Source: Octopus vulgaris (lineage: Eukaryota). Taken from it: a stretch of DNA of 64,000 nt. Both the position numbers and the translations under genes were made by a program. Below, in pieces: positions 40,499-53,699 of the stretch (positions are counted from its first letter, which is position 1; each line of letters opens with the position of its first letter). The stretch lies in contig OX597815.1 in NCBI GenBank assembly GCA_951406725.2, positions 26,598,001 through 26,662,000 of the forward strand, given 5' to 3'. The notes below the pieces were generated by a model that was not told where the DNA came from, did not search any database, and worked only from the letters and a program-made list of their open reading frames with translations.

Positions 40499-42295
40499 AG
40501 GCTTGGGACAAAATAATGGAAACACCTTGTTAAATGGGAGCTTTATTATATAATATGGAATTGGTCCACGTTTTGCATCAACCACAGCTTTAATACGTGG
40601 GGGAATTGATTTGTGGAGGTTCTGAAAGGTTGTTGAGGGAATTTTGAGTCATTCTTTAAATAGAAATTGTTTTATGTCTTTTAGTGGCGATAGCAGAAGG
40701 AAACGACTCCCCCTTTGCTGCTCCAAAATGCACCATAAATGTTTGATTATATTAAGATATTATGATTGTTGAGACCAATCCAAGCTATCTACTTCACTTT
40801 TATGCTATTCGTATCAATTTTGAATAACATTGGCCGTGTGAGTCGGTGCATTGTCGTCCTGGAAGATTGCACTATCATTAGGGAACAGTATTTGTACCAT
40901 AAGATGGACATGATCAGCCAAAATATTCAGATAGTCCTTTATGTTAACTCTTACATGTGGAACAACCAAAGAGCCAAGAGAACATGGTGCCCAAACCAGT
41001 CAAAGTTGAAGGTTTCTTTGGGCTATCTCTAGGTATAAACTCTCTCCAAAACAGGAAAGTGGATGAGTGATGACTCATCAGAGAAAATGACATTGTTCTT
41101 CTGAGCCATTGACAATTTCTGATAGTCTAACGCCAATTTTCCGTTTATCAATGTTGATGGGGGACTGGATACTATGTAGGCCTCCCATGGTATCCAGCTT
41201 TATGGAAGACACCACGAACGCTTTTAGCTGACATAGATTTGACAAGGTGGTGGTTTAGTTCTACTCTTTTACTCTTTTACTTGTTTCAGTCATTTGACTG
41301 CGGTCATGCTGGAGCACCGCCTTTAGTCGAGCAACTCGACCCCGGCACTTATTCTTTTGTAAGCCCATTACTTATTCTATCGGTCTCTTTTGCCGAACCG
41401 CTAAGTAACGGGGACATAAACACACCAGCATCGGTTGTCAAGCAATGCTAGGAGGACAAACACACACACGCATATATATATACATATATACGACCGGCTT
41501 CTTTCAGTTTCCGTCTACCAAATCCACTCACAAGGCATTGGTCGGCCCGGGGCTATAGCAGAAGACACTTGCCCAAGATGCCACGCAGTGGGACTGAACC
41601 CAGAACCATGTGGCTGGTAAACAAGCTACTTACCACACAGCCACTCCTACAGTCACTTTTGCTGCTGTATTTCGACAGTTTTTAAACACAATACATTTCA
41701 CTACTCTGCTGTCCCTCTCTGTGAGATTTGCATTATGTCTAAAATGACACTCGTTGACGCTGCATCGAAGAGGCCAGGGAACAGAAGAAAGAAGAAAGAA
41801 GACATGCACCCAACACCAGGGCTGAAGACACCTCCGAAAGGGGTGTGAGCCCGCCACATCTAAACGGTAGACGAGTAGGGGTCGAAACCGGACGTGGTTC
41901 CTCCTTATGATATCTTGAGTTAACTGGATCCTATAAAGGAGCTGTTGTGGTAGCAGACCACGAAACATGGTTGAAATTCCTCCTCATCAGAGTTGCTTTT
42001 ACCTTGATTTTAAAATACCAACATGATTTTAAACAATTCAGCAATTTTAGCTATCCGCGCTACAACAATTTGTCCACTTTAAAAAATCAGACAAATTAAA
42101 CATTTTAACTTACCTAAATATAAATATCTGCAAACAAAGAAAATCCGAGGGCTATATCATGAAGTACAAAGCATACATAATGCGTATGAATGCGTATATA
42201 CAGACTAGAACAGTTCTGAATTTATCACATTGCCAACAGAAAAAAAAAAACGGAGAAATAAAAAGTGGCGCTTCTATTATTTTCACCAACTCCTA
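40497..42295 (-). mobile_element. Tc1-like DNA transposon fossil with both TIRs and nested insertions
   Basis: TA|CAAGGCTTGGGACAAAATAATGGAAACACC versus the reverse complement of the right end, TAGGAGTTGGTGAAAATAATAGAAGCGCC. Minus-strand NVIFSDES, FQDDNAPTHTA and PRIKAVVDAKRGPIPY. Confidence 0.88.
41263..41648 (-). mobile_element. SINE family A copy nested in a Tc1 fossil
   Basis: Reverse complement of 1172-1566 over its full length. Confidence 0.85.
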
Positions 42296-44451
42296 TATAC
42301 ATGCAATTTAAAGTTGTGTTGCTATTCATAACTAGTTTTAATCATATCGTTTAAATGACGAATGGTACCAATATTCTGCGAGATTTCCATAGTGTTTTTA
42401 TGCTGTTAATATTAGTCACACATCTGGTTAAGTCGCCACGGTTTGCCAGACCTAATAGTTAACAACAACAAAATCACTTTATAGACTCTGAAAGAATGTC
42501 ACGTCAGAAATGTACTGAAGAAAGAGGCATTAATTTCTAAGTTCATGAGCATAAGTTTAATTTTAAAAAATGATATCGATACTAATTGAAATTAAATGTT
42601 CAATCAAAATTGTAGAAATATATATGCCTGTGAGAAAAGGGATACTCATATCATTTGGGAGAAATGCAAAATGATTAATCCTTTATAATGAAATTAAATG
42701 AACGAGAAAGTTGGGAAAATATCAACTGAAATCCCTTATTAATCAAATGAATCAAATTTGATGAATGAGAAATTGGATACTGGTAGGAATTATGTGATGG
42801 TGACGTCAAGAAAAATTTACTACCTGTAGATCAAACCTGGTGCAACAGCTGACATGAACGGAGAAGGAACTGAGTCTGACGAGCTTTTCATTAATACCGT
42901 CGTAAATCTTGGTAGAGAATAAGCAAAGCAAAAAATGAATATATAGAAAAAAATCAATCTCGAAAAACCATTCACAGTATAGAAAGAAAAACAGAAATTC
43001 GAAGGAATATTATGAGCTCTGCTACCTTCAAACAAATCTTGCATAAACACGATTCGTAAAAAAAATATTGTGGAGATTGAAATAAAATAATAAAAAAGAG
43101 AAAAATACGTAAAAAAAAAAAAGGAAAGTCTTGGATGCGTTGGAGACGTGAGGAAAATAATGAAGCAGATAGAATAGAATAGTGGTGAAATAAATATATT
43201 GAAACAAAAATTTGATGAAATGGATGGAAGAGAGTGGGAGACAGGCAGATAGTCAGACAGAGTCAGATAAATAGTGCTGTGGAAATAACAAAATGAAAAC
43301 CAATAGCAAAAAGTAGAAGTATCAAATTAGAAAGTTGAGTTACAGGAAAATAAGCTAATTTCTGGTAGAATATACAGAAGACATATGAAGGAAATAACTA
43401 AAGCGAAAACAGTTTTCAATTTATCATTTTTTGGAAGATTTTTGCTTATTTTATTTATTCATTTATTTTATTTTTTATTCATGGAGTTGTTTTACAATTT
43501 TCTACTGTATTTTAAACTATGTTCTGTCATATTCCAATATATGTTCTTTTACGCTTTTACGGTTGGCATGTTATACAGAATCAGGGAGTTAAAAGGTCAA
43601 ATTATTAAAATCCGACATTGCTTGCAATTTAGTGTCTCCATCAGTGGTTAAAATCGTTTTGTCAAAGATATTGTAGATCTATCAATTCAAAATCAAACCA
43701 AACTGAGTCACTATTGCTTCGGTTAAACATTTCTAATGATGGTATTCTTACATTTAAGATTCTGCTGTTATCCCTATCTACCTACTAATATTAGTAATTT
43801 GCTTGTTTCGAGCTTGCTAACTTCCTTGTGTTTATGATATTAAGTGGTGTCGATATTAATGTCAGCTAATATTTCTGTAATCCGTTTCAGCAAACTTACA
43901 GATGTTATTTTTGCTAACTTATGAATAGTTCTTAAAACCAAGCATCAGAAAATTTAATGTAATAACGAGCAGTACGTTGTCTTTTGACAAAGTATTTACA
44001 TCCTTCTTTCTATCTATCTGACAGCTAATTATACTGCATCATAATCAAAAATGCGGCGTGTTTGTCAAGCAGGAAAGAGTGTAGAAAAGATTTATCAGAA
44101 ATATCTAACGGCATGGAATTAATCATGAATTTATACAGATATATATATAATACAGGTATTACTTTTAATGTGCTGAAGAGAAAATAGTTTAGGGTCAAAC
44201 TATGAAAGCTATGTTTCGTCATTAGGTACTGTGTAGAAATTTCGAACATGATGCAATAAAATCACTTCACATCCAGAAAATATTGCCTACGGTATATATT
44301 ATAAATATGGTAATTGTATTATAGCATTATAGATGTGACAGACACTTGTCAAAGAAACATAAGCAGCTGTCAACATTAGTTCACTTCGCAAAGTTTGCAA
44401 ATATCAAAGCAGAGGCAATTTGACTTACACAACAAATGAATTGTCTAATTT

Positions 44452-45058
44452 TCTTGTTTCAGTCACTGGACTACGGCCAAGCTGGAGCGCCGCCTTGAAG
44501 GTGTTGGTCAAAACAATCGACGTCAGTACTTTTTTTAAGACTGGTACTTAATCTATCGTCCACTTTACCGAACCGCTAAGTTACGTGGATGTAAACAAAC
44601 CAGCACGAGTTGTCAAGCGGTGGAGAGGAACTGGAAGCACTCCGTCGGTTACGACGACGAGGGTTCCGGTTGATCCGATCAACGGAACAGCCTGCTCGTG
44701 AAATTAACGTGTAAGTGGCTGAGCACTCCACAGACACGTGTACCCTTAACGTAGTTCTCAGGGATATTCAGCGTGACACAGAAAGTGACAAGGCCGGCCC
44801 TTTGAAATACAGGTACAACAGAAACAGGAAGTAAGAGTGAGAGAAAGTTGTGGTGAAAGAGTACAGCAGGGATCACCACCATCCAACTGCCGGAGCCTCG
44901 TGGAGCTTTGTTTTCGCTCAATAAACACTCACAACGCCCGGTCTGGGAATCGAAACCGCGATCCTACGACTGTGAGTCCGTTGCCCTAACCACTGGGCCA
45001 TTGCGCCTCCACTAAGTGGAGAGGAACAAACAGAAACAAAAAGCACACACACACACAA
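44452..45058 (-). mobile_element. Partial SINE family A (3' half) interrupted by a family C SINE
   Basis: 44452-44631 matches the 3' half of family A and continues after 45016. Confidence 0.7.
44632..45015 (-). mobile_element. SINE family C inserted into a family A SINE
   Basis: TSD GTGGAGAGGAAC at 44620-44631 and 45016-45027. Confidence 0.9.
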
Positions 45059-45762
45059 GAATATATAGATCTGCCCTAAGACGGGGACTCATCCAATGAT
45101 AATTGCATCCATTAAAGCCACATATTGGGATGAACTACAACAACCAATATTATTACGGATCTCCGGGCCCCAGAAACAGCTGTTGGACTTATAACACCTT
45201 TCTTCCACCCCTTTGATTTTCTCTGTTGTTTCTACTCGGCATAAGCTGAACCTGTTTATATAAATATCAATATATTTATACTTAAAAATTCATCATCTGA
45301 AAGTCTCCACCTTTTGCTTCCCCTCATTTTGCATGTATACATATATCCATATTTTGTATTTCATACCCAAACTATTATATTTAATATATTTAATGTATCT
45401 AATTTATTTATCCACATAACTGCTTCTAGGTATACATATAGCGAACAGCTATGATGCATTCTCGTCGGCTATTAATGGCAACAGACGCTTTGAAAAACCG
45501 TTAAATAAAAGGAAAGTTACTCTAATAGATAGAAAAGGTAAAAAGAAAAATACAAACAATACACATAACCATATACTCACAATGCATAGACATAAACCTC
45601 CTGTGTTCATAACGTCAATATACGTAGACACTCAAGCAAACATGTATACGTACATGCACATACATACACAAACATATATGTGCATATACGTATGTGCATA
45701 TACACACACACGCTTAGCCACTAAACCTTTTATATTTTCTCTCCCTGTTTATTTCTGTGTTC

Positions 45763-45798
45763 CTTTCTGTCGAAGAGCGTAGGCTCGAAACGTAAAAG
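45763..45798 (+). ncRNA. Minimal hammerhead-like motif (CUGUCGA core variant) in a PLE-type repeat
   Basis: CUUU-CUGUCGA-A-GAGC(GUAG)GCUC-GAA-ACGU-A^AAAG. A half copy of the same repeat is at about 54882-54993 (-). Confidence 0.5.
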
Positions 45799-45925
45799 AC
45801 TTTCCCACTTTAACGAGCGTTAAATTAATGCATCTGTTTCTTGTTTAACGAGCGTTAAATTAATGCATCTGTTTCTTGTTTACTCACCCGTCTTCGTCTT
45901 TTGTTCTTTTTTTGTAAATTTTCAC

Positions 45926-45970
<45 letters not shown>

Positions 45971-46155
45971 ATATGTGTACGCAACTTCACTCTCATATAC
46001 ACATAGGTGTTTGCATGCATACACTTAACATATACATATAAATATACGTAATATACATATACATATACATATAAATATAAATTAACATATACATATAAAT
46101 ATACGTAAATATATACAGGCATACATTCACACTCCCGCATACACGTATATAAATA

Positions 46156-46520
46156 CAGGAAGCACTCCGTCGGTTACGACGACGAGGGTTCTGGTTGATC
46201 CGATCAACGGAACAGCCTGCTCGTGAAATTAACGTGTAAGTGGCTGAGCACTCCACAGACACGTGTACCCTTAACGCAGTTCTCGGGGATATTCAGCGTG
46301 ACACAGAAAGTGACAAGGCCGGCCCTTTGAAATACAGGTACAACAGAAACAGGAAGTAAGAGTGAGAGAAAGTTGTGGTGAAAGAGTACAGCAGGGATCA
46401 CCACCACCAACTGCTGGAACCTCGTGGAGCTTTGTTTTCGCTCAATAAACACTCACAACGCCCGGTCTGGGAATCGAAACCGCGAGTCCGCTGCCCTAAC
46501 CACTGGGCCATTGCGCCTCC
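46156..46520 (-). mobile_element. SINE family C with 15-bp TSD
   Basis: TSD ACACGTATATAAATA at 46141-46155 and 46521-46535. Confidence 0.92.
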
Positions 46521-46535
46521 ACACGTATATAAATA

Positions 46536-46616
<81 letters not shown>

Positions 46617-46619
46617 TTA

Positions 46620-47462
46620 AGAATTTAGTTAAGAATATTAGAAGAATTTCTAGCGTCTCCTCCAATATAAACATATTTAATAATGCTGCCCCACTATATA
46701 ACAACGCCCTTAAAGCTAGTGGATTTAAAGAGGAAATAGCTTACACACCGACTATTGGGACAGAAATAAAGAAAACATAGACACAGGAAAATTATCTGGT
46801 TCACATCCACCTTACTTCCCCGAAATGACCTTTAATATAGGTAAATATTTCTTGTCACTTAAAGATAGACATTTTTCAATGCATCATAAATATAGGAAAC
46901 TCTTCGATAGGCATAATCTAAAATTTAGTTTTAGATCAACCCCAAGTTTTAAAAACATAATTACACACAATGCAAAACAACAACACAAGCCGGCTGTTCC
47001 TGCAGGGATAAAGACTTCTGCCCGCTAAATGGAGCCTGTATGACCGAGGCCATTATTTATGAAGCCACCGCAAATTCTACGAACGCTAATAACTCGGTTT
47101 CATCGAAAAGATATGTGGGCTTCACAGAAGGAAATTTCAAAGCAGGGTTCAACAATCATATCTTAAGTTTCAGACACTGGAATAAACGAAAAACTACCAA
47201 ATTATCCAGTTATATATGGTTCTTAAAAGAACAAGGTGTCAGCTATAGGATTTATTGGAAGATCTTAGCCAAGTGTAAACCTTACACCAACGGTAGTGGC
47301 AAGTGCAGTTTTTGTAATATGGAAAGATTGCTCATCTGGAAAACTTCCTTGGACCCCACAACATGTCTGAATTCAAGAACTGAACTTTTTGCATCATGTC
47401 CATACGTGACAAAATACCTATTACGGCTTTGCCCCCCCCCCCCCCACCAACATCACGGCTAG
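46620..47462 (+). mobile_element. Penelope-like element 3' fragment (RT thumb, CxCx5C linker, GIY-YIG); Naiad-like
   Basis: RISSVSSN...YNNALKASGF, RKIIWF, CSCRDKDFCPLNGAC, IIYEA...YVGFTEGNFK..FNNH..SF, CSFCNMERLLI, LNSRTELFASC. Two to three frameshifts or stops. Confidence 0.85.
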
Positions 47463-47821
47463 AATCTACATCTTTACATGTTCCTACACAAGCTTCCCAT
47501 ATGTCTTAACTTCTGTTAATTTTTTTATTCTATATATTTTTTTTCATTTTTTCTTTTATTTCCTTTTTAATTGTGTGAATATGTTCGTATCAATATATAC
47601 GTGTATGACTATATGTATATGTTTGCGTATATTTTATATATGTATATATGTGTATATATGTGTATATATGTATGTATGATTATGTGTATACGTATGTATA
47701 TGAGTGCAAGACTGTATCCGGTGCATAGGTGCGACTTTCATGCACAGTCCCCTTCATTAATGCGGATATGCATATGTTTGTATATGTGCGGGTGTAGGTG
47801 TGTGATAGGAGGAAGTATATG

Positions 47822-47891
<70 letters not shown>

Positions 47892-48019
47892 TACATATAT
47901 ATATACATACATATATATATATATGTGTGTGTCTGTGTGTCTGTGTGTATAGTGTATGAGTGTGTATAGTGTATGTGGGAGGGTGAATGTATACTATAAT
48001 TTAATCTTTATACATTAAA

Positions 48020-48414
48020 CTAGCAGTATCGCCCGGCGTTGCTCGGGTTTGTAAGGGAAATAACTATATAAGCATTTTTAGAGAGTTATAGCCAAAAAAT
48101 AGGAAAAAATGCATTAAAAATGGAAAAAAAATTAAGGTAAATTTCTTTTTAAATCGTTGACACATCGTAGATATTTTTAGAGAGTTACTTCCCTTATATA
48201 ATAGCGAAAGAAATGCATTAAAATGGAAAAATATGATGGTAAATTTTTTAAATCGTAGACTCATCGTAGACGCGCGCTAATACCCAGAAGGGCTCGATAT
48301 GACTCACGACTATAAGATACCCGGTTTTGGTTACACTGCACCGCAAAATGTGGGAGTAGTTAGGAATCTAAATCGTAGGAGACAGACACACAACTTCACT
48401 CTTATATATAAAGA
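48020..48414 (-). mobile_element. Non-autonomous Helitron
   Basis: Minus strand starts A|TCTTTATATATAAG and ends with hairpin CCCGAGCAACGCCGGG plus CTAG|T. Inserted in AT without a TSD. Has an internal tandem duplication of about 100 bp. Confidence 0.88.
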
Positions 48415-48520
48415 TATGTCACGTAGTTATATACACATACTTTGTTATATACACATTCTTAAAAGAAAATGTTATTTTGAATACAACATTTATAAAGAAT
48501 AAAATATTTTTTGGTTTTTC

Positions 48521-49330
48521 TTAACCCTTTCGTTACTATATTTCTGACCAAAATACACCCCTTATGTGTTTCAATTAATTTCTAACGTAATCATAAATTT
48601 AGTCTGGTTTCATTAAACAACAATAACTTTTTTATTTATCAATATATTAACGTGAATTTTGGAAGATAATTTAATGAAATGTCCTCAACCAATTCTATAC
48701 TATAATTTTTGTCACAAAGTGACTCTAATTGCAGGTAGATACAGGTAAATTCAACAATATATAAAATTATAAAAATTTTGTTCAAACATCGCTATAGAAA
48801 ATGGGTTATTAGCTAATATTCAATTGGGTATACAACAAAATTTTACGATAGAATTTGTTATTCTGGGTAACTTTCTGATACCCATAATAATATTTATGGC
48901 AAAATAGGCCTTAATTTCATTTAAGGTTGTGGGAAATAACAAACTATCCTTTCTTTCGTTTTGTTTACGTTTAGCGTAACGGTTCGTTTCTGCCGTAATG
49001 ATTTCGAAAAAGTAAAAATAAATAGTCTAAGGCTTTACTCTTCTGGGAAAGTCTGTGGCTTGGTGCGGTTTCTTCAGAAAAATCACCGAAAGAAACAGTT
49101 TTTAAATTTTCACTCCATTCAGGTGCTAATTCGTTTTCTTTATCGCTGTCGGATTCACTGTTTTCACTTTAATAGCTGCAAACTTGCAAAGACAAAGGAG
49201 GAGAAGGGTGATAGCGTCAGTGAAACAGTTCGCTCCGTTTGTGTGTGTGTGCGTTTGCGTGTGGTGTAAACCACATTAAGAAAAGCATTTGACATACACA
49301 CCAGAATGTGAGTTTTCTGTAAAATTTGCT
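48521..49330. mobile_element. Possible piggyBac-like non-autonomous element, one end only
   Basis: TTAA|CCCTTTCGTTAC left terminus. The right terminus was not found, so the extent is uncertain. Confidence 0.35.
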
Positions 49331-49486
49331 TAATTGGAGTTTAAATTTTAAAAACTGGACCTGGCATGACCCGATGCATTCTACTCTTAAAAATGCTAGG
49401 TAAATTGTAATTGAAGAAATCCTATATTGTAGATTTCTATAACTGACAAAGGGAGGCAGATAAAATCTGCCTTTTATAATAAGAGA
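49330..49486 (-). mobile_element. Helitron-like 5' end fragment
   Basis: Minus strand begins A|TCTCTTATTATAAAAGGCAGATTTTATCTGCC, similar to the 5' end of the neighbouring Helitron. No CTAG end was located. Confidence 0.5.
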
Positions 49487-50150
49487 TTATTAATTTATTT
49501 ATTTATTCAATAAACATCTAAGTTAAATCTTATTCTAATTAAGTAATATATACAAAAAAAACTTCATGCTAACTAATATACATAATACTACTACACACTA
49601 TAACTACAAGAATTAAAAATAGAAAATGGTTCAAATATATACATACAAATTAGTTAAACTTATAATATATAATTAATTCAATTTATATATAGATTTAATA
49701 TTACACTCATTTATAGAATTAACAAAAGTTTATTATTATAAAAAGTATTTACTTATATGCAATATTACATAACAAATAAAAATTCCTACCTATTCGATAA
49801 GATTTTGTTTTACAAAATTATTTCCCAATGTAAATCATATGTAATACGTTAATTCGTACATTTATTTAATTATTTTATGTACATATACGTACATTTATTT
49901 AATTATTTTATTATTTTTATCTTTGACCTGATGAGTGACTATATTTAAATTGAATTTATTTTACTGTTATCAGTCTGAAAATATAGCTACAAAACATGTG
50001 TAGTCTATATACTAATTATATACTATTTATTTATTATTTCGTACTTTATTTAGTTCTAGGTAAATGTCTTATCGTATCTTTCATTTTTTCTATATGGTAT
50101 GATTTAAGTATATCATTGTTGAATAGCTACATGGTGGTTCTTCTCTAATT

Positions 50151-50189
<39 letters not shown>

Positions 50190-50419
50190 GTATGCATGTA
50201 TGTATGTATGTATGCATGTATGTATGTATGTATGTATGTATGTATGTATGTATGTATGTATGTATGTATGTATGAATGCATGTGTGTGTGGATATGTGTG
50301 TATGTATGAGTACATACATGCACATATGTTTGTGTGTGTACGTATATAAACGTTATGAACGCTTAGTAGTAGTTGTCTACTCCCTATGCAGAGCTTGACC
50401 ACCTCCTCTACCTAGACCT

Positions 50420-51860
50420 TAGCACCATCATGGCATCTGATGTGGCTTTTTAAAACAGACATTGTTCTGAAAAGACACACACATAGATTGCACATCCGAT
50501 TTGGACCGCCGAGAGCTGCAGATAAGTTCTGATTTTTGTGGATCTTAAAATAGCGTTGAATCTGGTGTTGGGTTTGCTCTCAAGAATATATTAGTATTCT
50601 CCATTGCAGAGCTTCCTAGGGGTATTTCTGAACTGATCATGTCATGCCGTATTAAACTGAGAAAAGGTAGGTTTCTTACCGTTGTCAGTATTTATGCACC
50701 AACAATGTCCCAGTCTGATGAAACGGTAGGACAGTTTTATGATGATCTAGCACAATTATTGAGGAAAGTATCAATTTCTGACAAGCTGGTCATATTGGGA
50801 GATTTCAATGCAAGAGTTGGAAAGGACTATGTTCCATTGCCTGTTTTAGGACATGGGATTGGAAAATGTAATAAAAATGGAGTAACTCTCTTGACGTTTT
50901 GTACTGCCAATAATCTGTTTAAGCAGAAAAATAAATATAAAACCACCTGGATACACCCAAGATCTAAGTACTGGCATCTCATAGATTGTATTCTGATTAG
51001 AAGACGTGGTACGAAAGACGTCTCTAGCGTTCGGGCCATGAGAGAGGTAGAGAGCTGGACTGACCATCATCTAGTGCATGGTAAAATAGACTTTTCGATA
51101 ATGCCTAAAAATCGACAGTCTGATCTTAAGGTACCCAAAAAGTTAAATATTGCAAAATTTAAATTATTAAGCAACTGACAAAGATTCCACGATGCTATTG
51201 AAAGTATCAATCTTGACCCAAACAATCTATGGAAGAGTTCAAAACAAAAGTATTTCAGGTTGCAAGTTCGTCGATGGTATTTAAATCACAAGAGTGCAAT
51301 GACTGGTTCTCAGATAGATCAGCAGAAATTCATCATCTACTTTTAGAAAAACAAAACTTAGGCAATACACTTCTTTCTCAGTCCTTGAACCCCAACTCAA
51401 ATGAAGCTTACAGAAAGCTGAAACGGAAAGTGCAGACTGCTCTAAGGAATATTAAATAGGAATAGTGGAATGATAGAGCAAAAGAGGCACAAGAAGCAGC
51501 TGATAGAAACGATGACAAGGGTTTGTACTCTTATGTTAAGGAGGTACATGGCCCAAAATTTTCTTCAATAGCTCCAGTGGGAACAGCAAATGGACGTTTA
51601 CTTCTGACGGACACCGTTTCTATTCATAAGCGCTGGGTAGAATATTTTCTACTCTTTTGAATAGACCATCATCTGCTGACATGAGGACGATAGTAAAAAT
51701 CGAACACCTTCCAGTTACAGAAGAGATGGTATTTGAACCAACTCTAAATGACATTTATTTAGCTGTGAATAAGCTGAATAACAATAAATCTCCAGGGTCA
51801 GATGGAATCTGTGCAGAAGTCTTGAAATATGGGGGGGGGGTAAAATGTTTGAACTCTTAA
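50420..51860 (+). mobile_element. RTE-clade LINE fragment (APE endonuclease to start of RT)
   Basis: LTVVSIYAPT, KLVILGDFNARVG, TTWIHPRSKYWHLIDCIL, WTDHHLV, KSPGSDGICAEVLKYGG. Confidence 0.92.
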
Positions 51861-53699
51861 ATATATTGTCACAAATTACTATTTATTTCAGTTTTAAAAT
51901 GATTTTCCATGCGAAGGCAGCGAGCTGGTAGAATCGTTATCACACTGGAAAACACACTAAGCAGCGTTTTTTTTTTTTCAGGCTCTTTACGTTCTGAGTT
52001 CAAATTCCGCCGAGATCGACTTTGCCTTTCATCCTTTCGGGATCAATAAAGTACCAGTCGACGCAATTAACTAGTCCCCTCCCTCCAAAATTTCAGCTTT
52101 TACGCCTATAATAGAAGGAAAATAAAAATGATTTGCGATCATTAATCATATTTACAAACTGCATAAATATCATGATCATAGTAAGCTAATTTATAGTTTA
52201 GTATGTACGAGCTAATTCTTGAGGCAATATAATTAACATAATCAAAGATGATTAAGAAACAGAAACGATAGACCGTCGAGCTGAATGCATTTGCCATATT
52301 TGACTTAGTTTCTAAGCAATTATTAATTCTAGGCCAGCAAAAGATCAACTCCTGGTGAATAAATACATTAAGAAAAAAAATGAGAATAACCTTGAATCTT
52401 TTGAATTGATTAAAGTCCTCATGCATATAGATTCTTCTCAAACATAAATCTTGTTGGCAGCAATATAATTTGTTTCTACATGTATAGTTGCAGCCAAGAA
52501 TTTCTATAACCAGAGATCAATAATCAAACAGAAAGACGCTTAAAAAATCGTTTGTTAGTCGTGTATCCTATAACTACCTAACATCTTCCTTCTTCCAATC
52601 CCTATTCAGTACAAACAAGAAAACATAGTAATATAGTACTAAACTATGTGAATGAGTCTAATTCTTATTTTCACTGCCTCACATGTACAAATCCAGTTTA
52701 AACTGATTTACATGGTTTCAAATTTTGACTCAAGGCCAGCAATTTCGACTCCAGTGTTCAATTGGTACTTATGTTATAGACACCGAAAGGGTCAAACGTC
52801 AAAGTCGACCTCGACGAAATTTGATTTACATACAAATATATTACAAAGATTTCTACATTTCTCTTTATTTTGTCGTTTACCATAATATTCTACAAGTCTA
52901 ATGTGATACCTTTTTTTTTTTGCAGATAATCGGCCCTCTCTCTAAATTATGATCACAATATACGCAGTATTTGTGTCTCAGTTGTTGCTAACTTGTTATG
53001 GTAAAGTCTAATTAATATACTGAATAAGAATGCTCATTTAAACATGAATGTTTGATTTAGAAATTTGCTTCGCGGCCACAGGGGTTCAGATTCTGTCCAA
53101 GTGCAAGGCACATTCGGCAAGTCTCATCCACTATAACCCCGAACCAACCAATTAATTTGTGAGTGAATATTGCAGACAGAAATTAGGACGAAACCCGTCG
53201 TATGTGTGGAAGGGTTGTATGTGCACGAAATAGAGTGTGTATGTGTGTCCTTTTTTCTCTCGGCGTTTGGCAACTGGTATAAGTTAAGTTAAGTTTGCTT
53301 GCACAACTCAGCGGATCGGTAAAAAGAAAGAGGTCGATAAAATAAGTGCCAAGCTTAGTATAAGTAAGTATTGTTATCGATTCCATGGACTAATAAATCC
53401 CTTCAATACTGTGCAACATCATGACCGCAATCCAGTGGCTGAAACAAATAATAGAATAAAATAAATGAATAAACGAATAATCCTTTCTGCTATAGACCCA
53501 AGGCCTAAAATTTTGCGGCAGATGACAAGTCGATTACACCAACATGAAATAATGGAAGGCAAAGACGACCTTAGCGGAATTTGAACTCAGAACGTAAATA
53601 CGGACGAAATGCCGCTAAGCATTTTTCCTGGCATGCTAACGAGTCTACCAGCTCACCGCCTTGAATAAACGATTAGTGTACACGAATATTGGCCTACTT

